A stretch of 54,527 nt of DNA from a virus (taxonomy: Duplodnaviria; Caudoviricetes): IMG/VR virus record IMGVR_UViG_3300024496_000043, positions 1 through 54,527 of that record; one strand, 5' to 3'. Shown in pieces: positions 54,527 through 54,527 of this stretch. Position numbers and translations under genes: made by a program. Every line of letters begins with the position of its first letter. Position 1 is the stretch's first letter. The notes under the pieces were generated by a model, which saw only the letters and a list, made by a program, of their open reading frames with translations, was not told where the DNA came from and did not search any database.

Positions 54527-54527
54527 A

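Noticed and set aside
1-54527. Stop-codon reassignment or selenocysteine read-through
   Set aside because: Genes are full-length and tightly packed under the standard code, and TAA, TAG and TGA all terminate genes
1-54527. tRNA or structured ncRNA genes
   Set aside because: Intergenic gaps are short and AT-rich; no cloverleaf recognised by eye (tRNAscan/Infernal not run)

Overview
Strongly AT-rich, gene-dense, mostly minus-strand fragment of what is most likely a large tailed phage infecting Bacteroidota. This assignment is inferred from the absence of Shine-Dalgarno motifs, A-rich start contexts, a TAnnTTTG-type promoter, a Bacteroidota-style signal peptide and a giant Ser/Thr-rich fibre. 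Layout: (1) 1-14.3 kb holds a partial PG-binding/metallopeptidase gene, many small hypotheticals, AdoMetDC, an IscA/HesB Fe-S carrier, two PcfJ-like paralogs, NlpC/P60 and thyA. (2) 14.3-21.9 kb is a plus-strand glycosyltransferase/epimerase/methyltransferase island. (3) 22.4-32 kb encodes a permease, a small outer-membrane barrel, a methyltransferase, a U32-family protein, a radical SAM and three tandem ~370-aa paralogs. (4) 32-39.7 kb is a 2561-aa fibre with a cupredoxin-like site. (5) 39.8-54.5 kb is a dense tailoring-enzyme cluster (radical SAM, four 2OG-Fe(II) oxygenases, Trp-halogenase-like, two sulfotransferases with APS kinase, SGNH-like and DxD proteins). Two signals stand out. First, one ORF (43044-44528) reads as a permuted ATP-grasp-like domain plus a Hint domain predicted to cleave only at its C-terminus, plus a 28-aa Cys6/Trp4 peptide, i.e. 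a candidate self-releasing RiPP-like precursor. Second, about 13 unrelated proteins around it share a basic/polar-[IL]-[IL]-COOH tail (often K-S-[IL]-I) encoded by diverse codons, a candidate targeting or docking tag. All family assignments come from motif recognition by eye, not from database searches.
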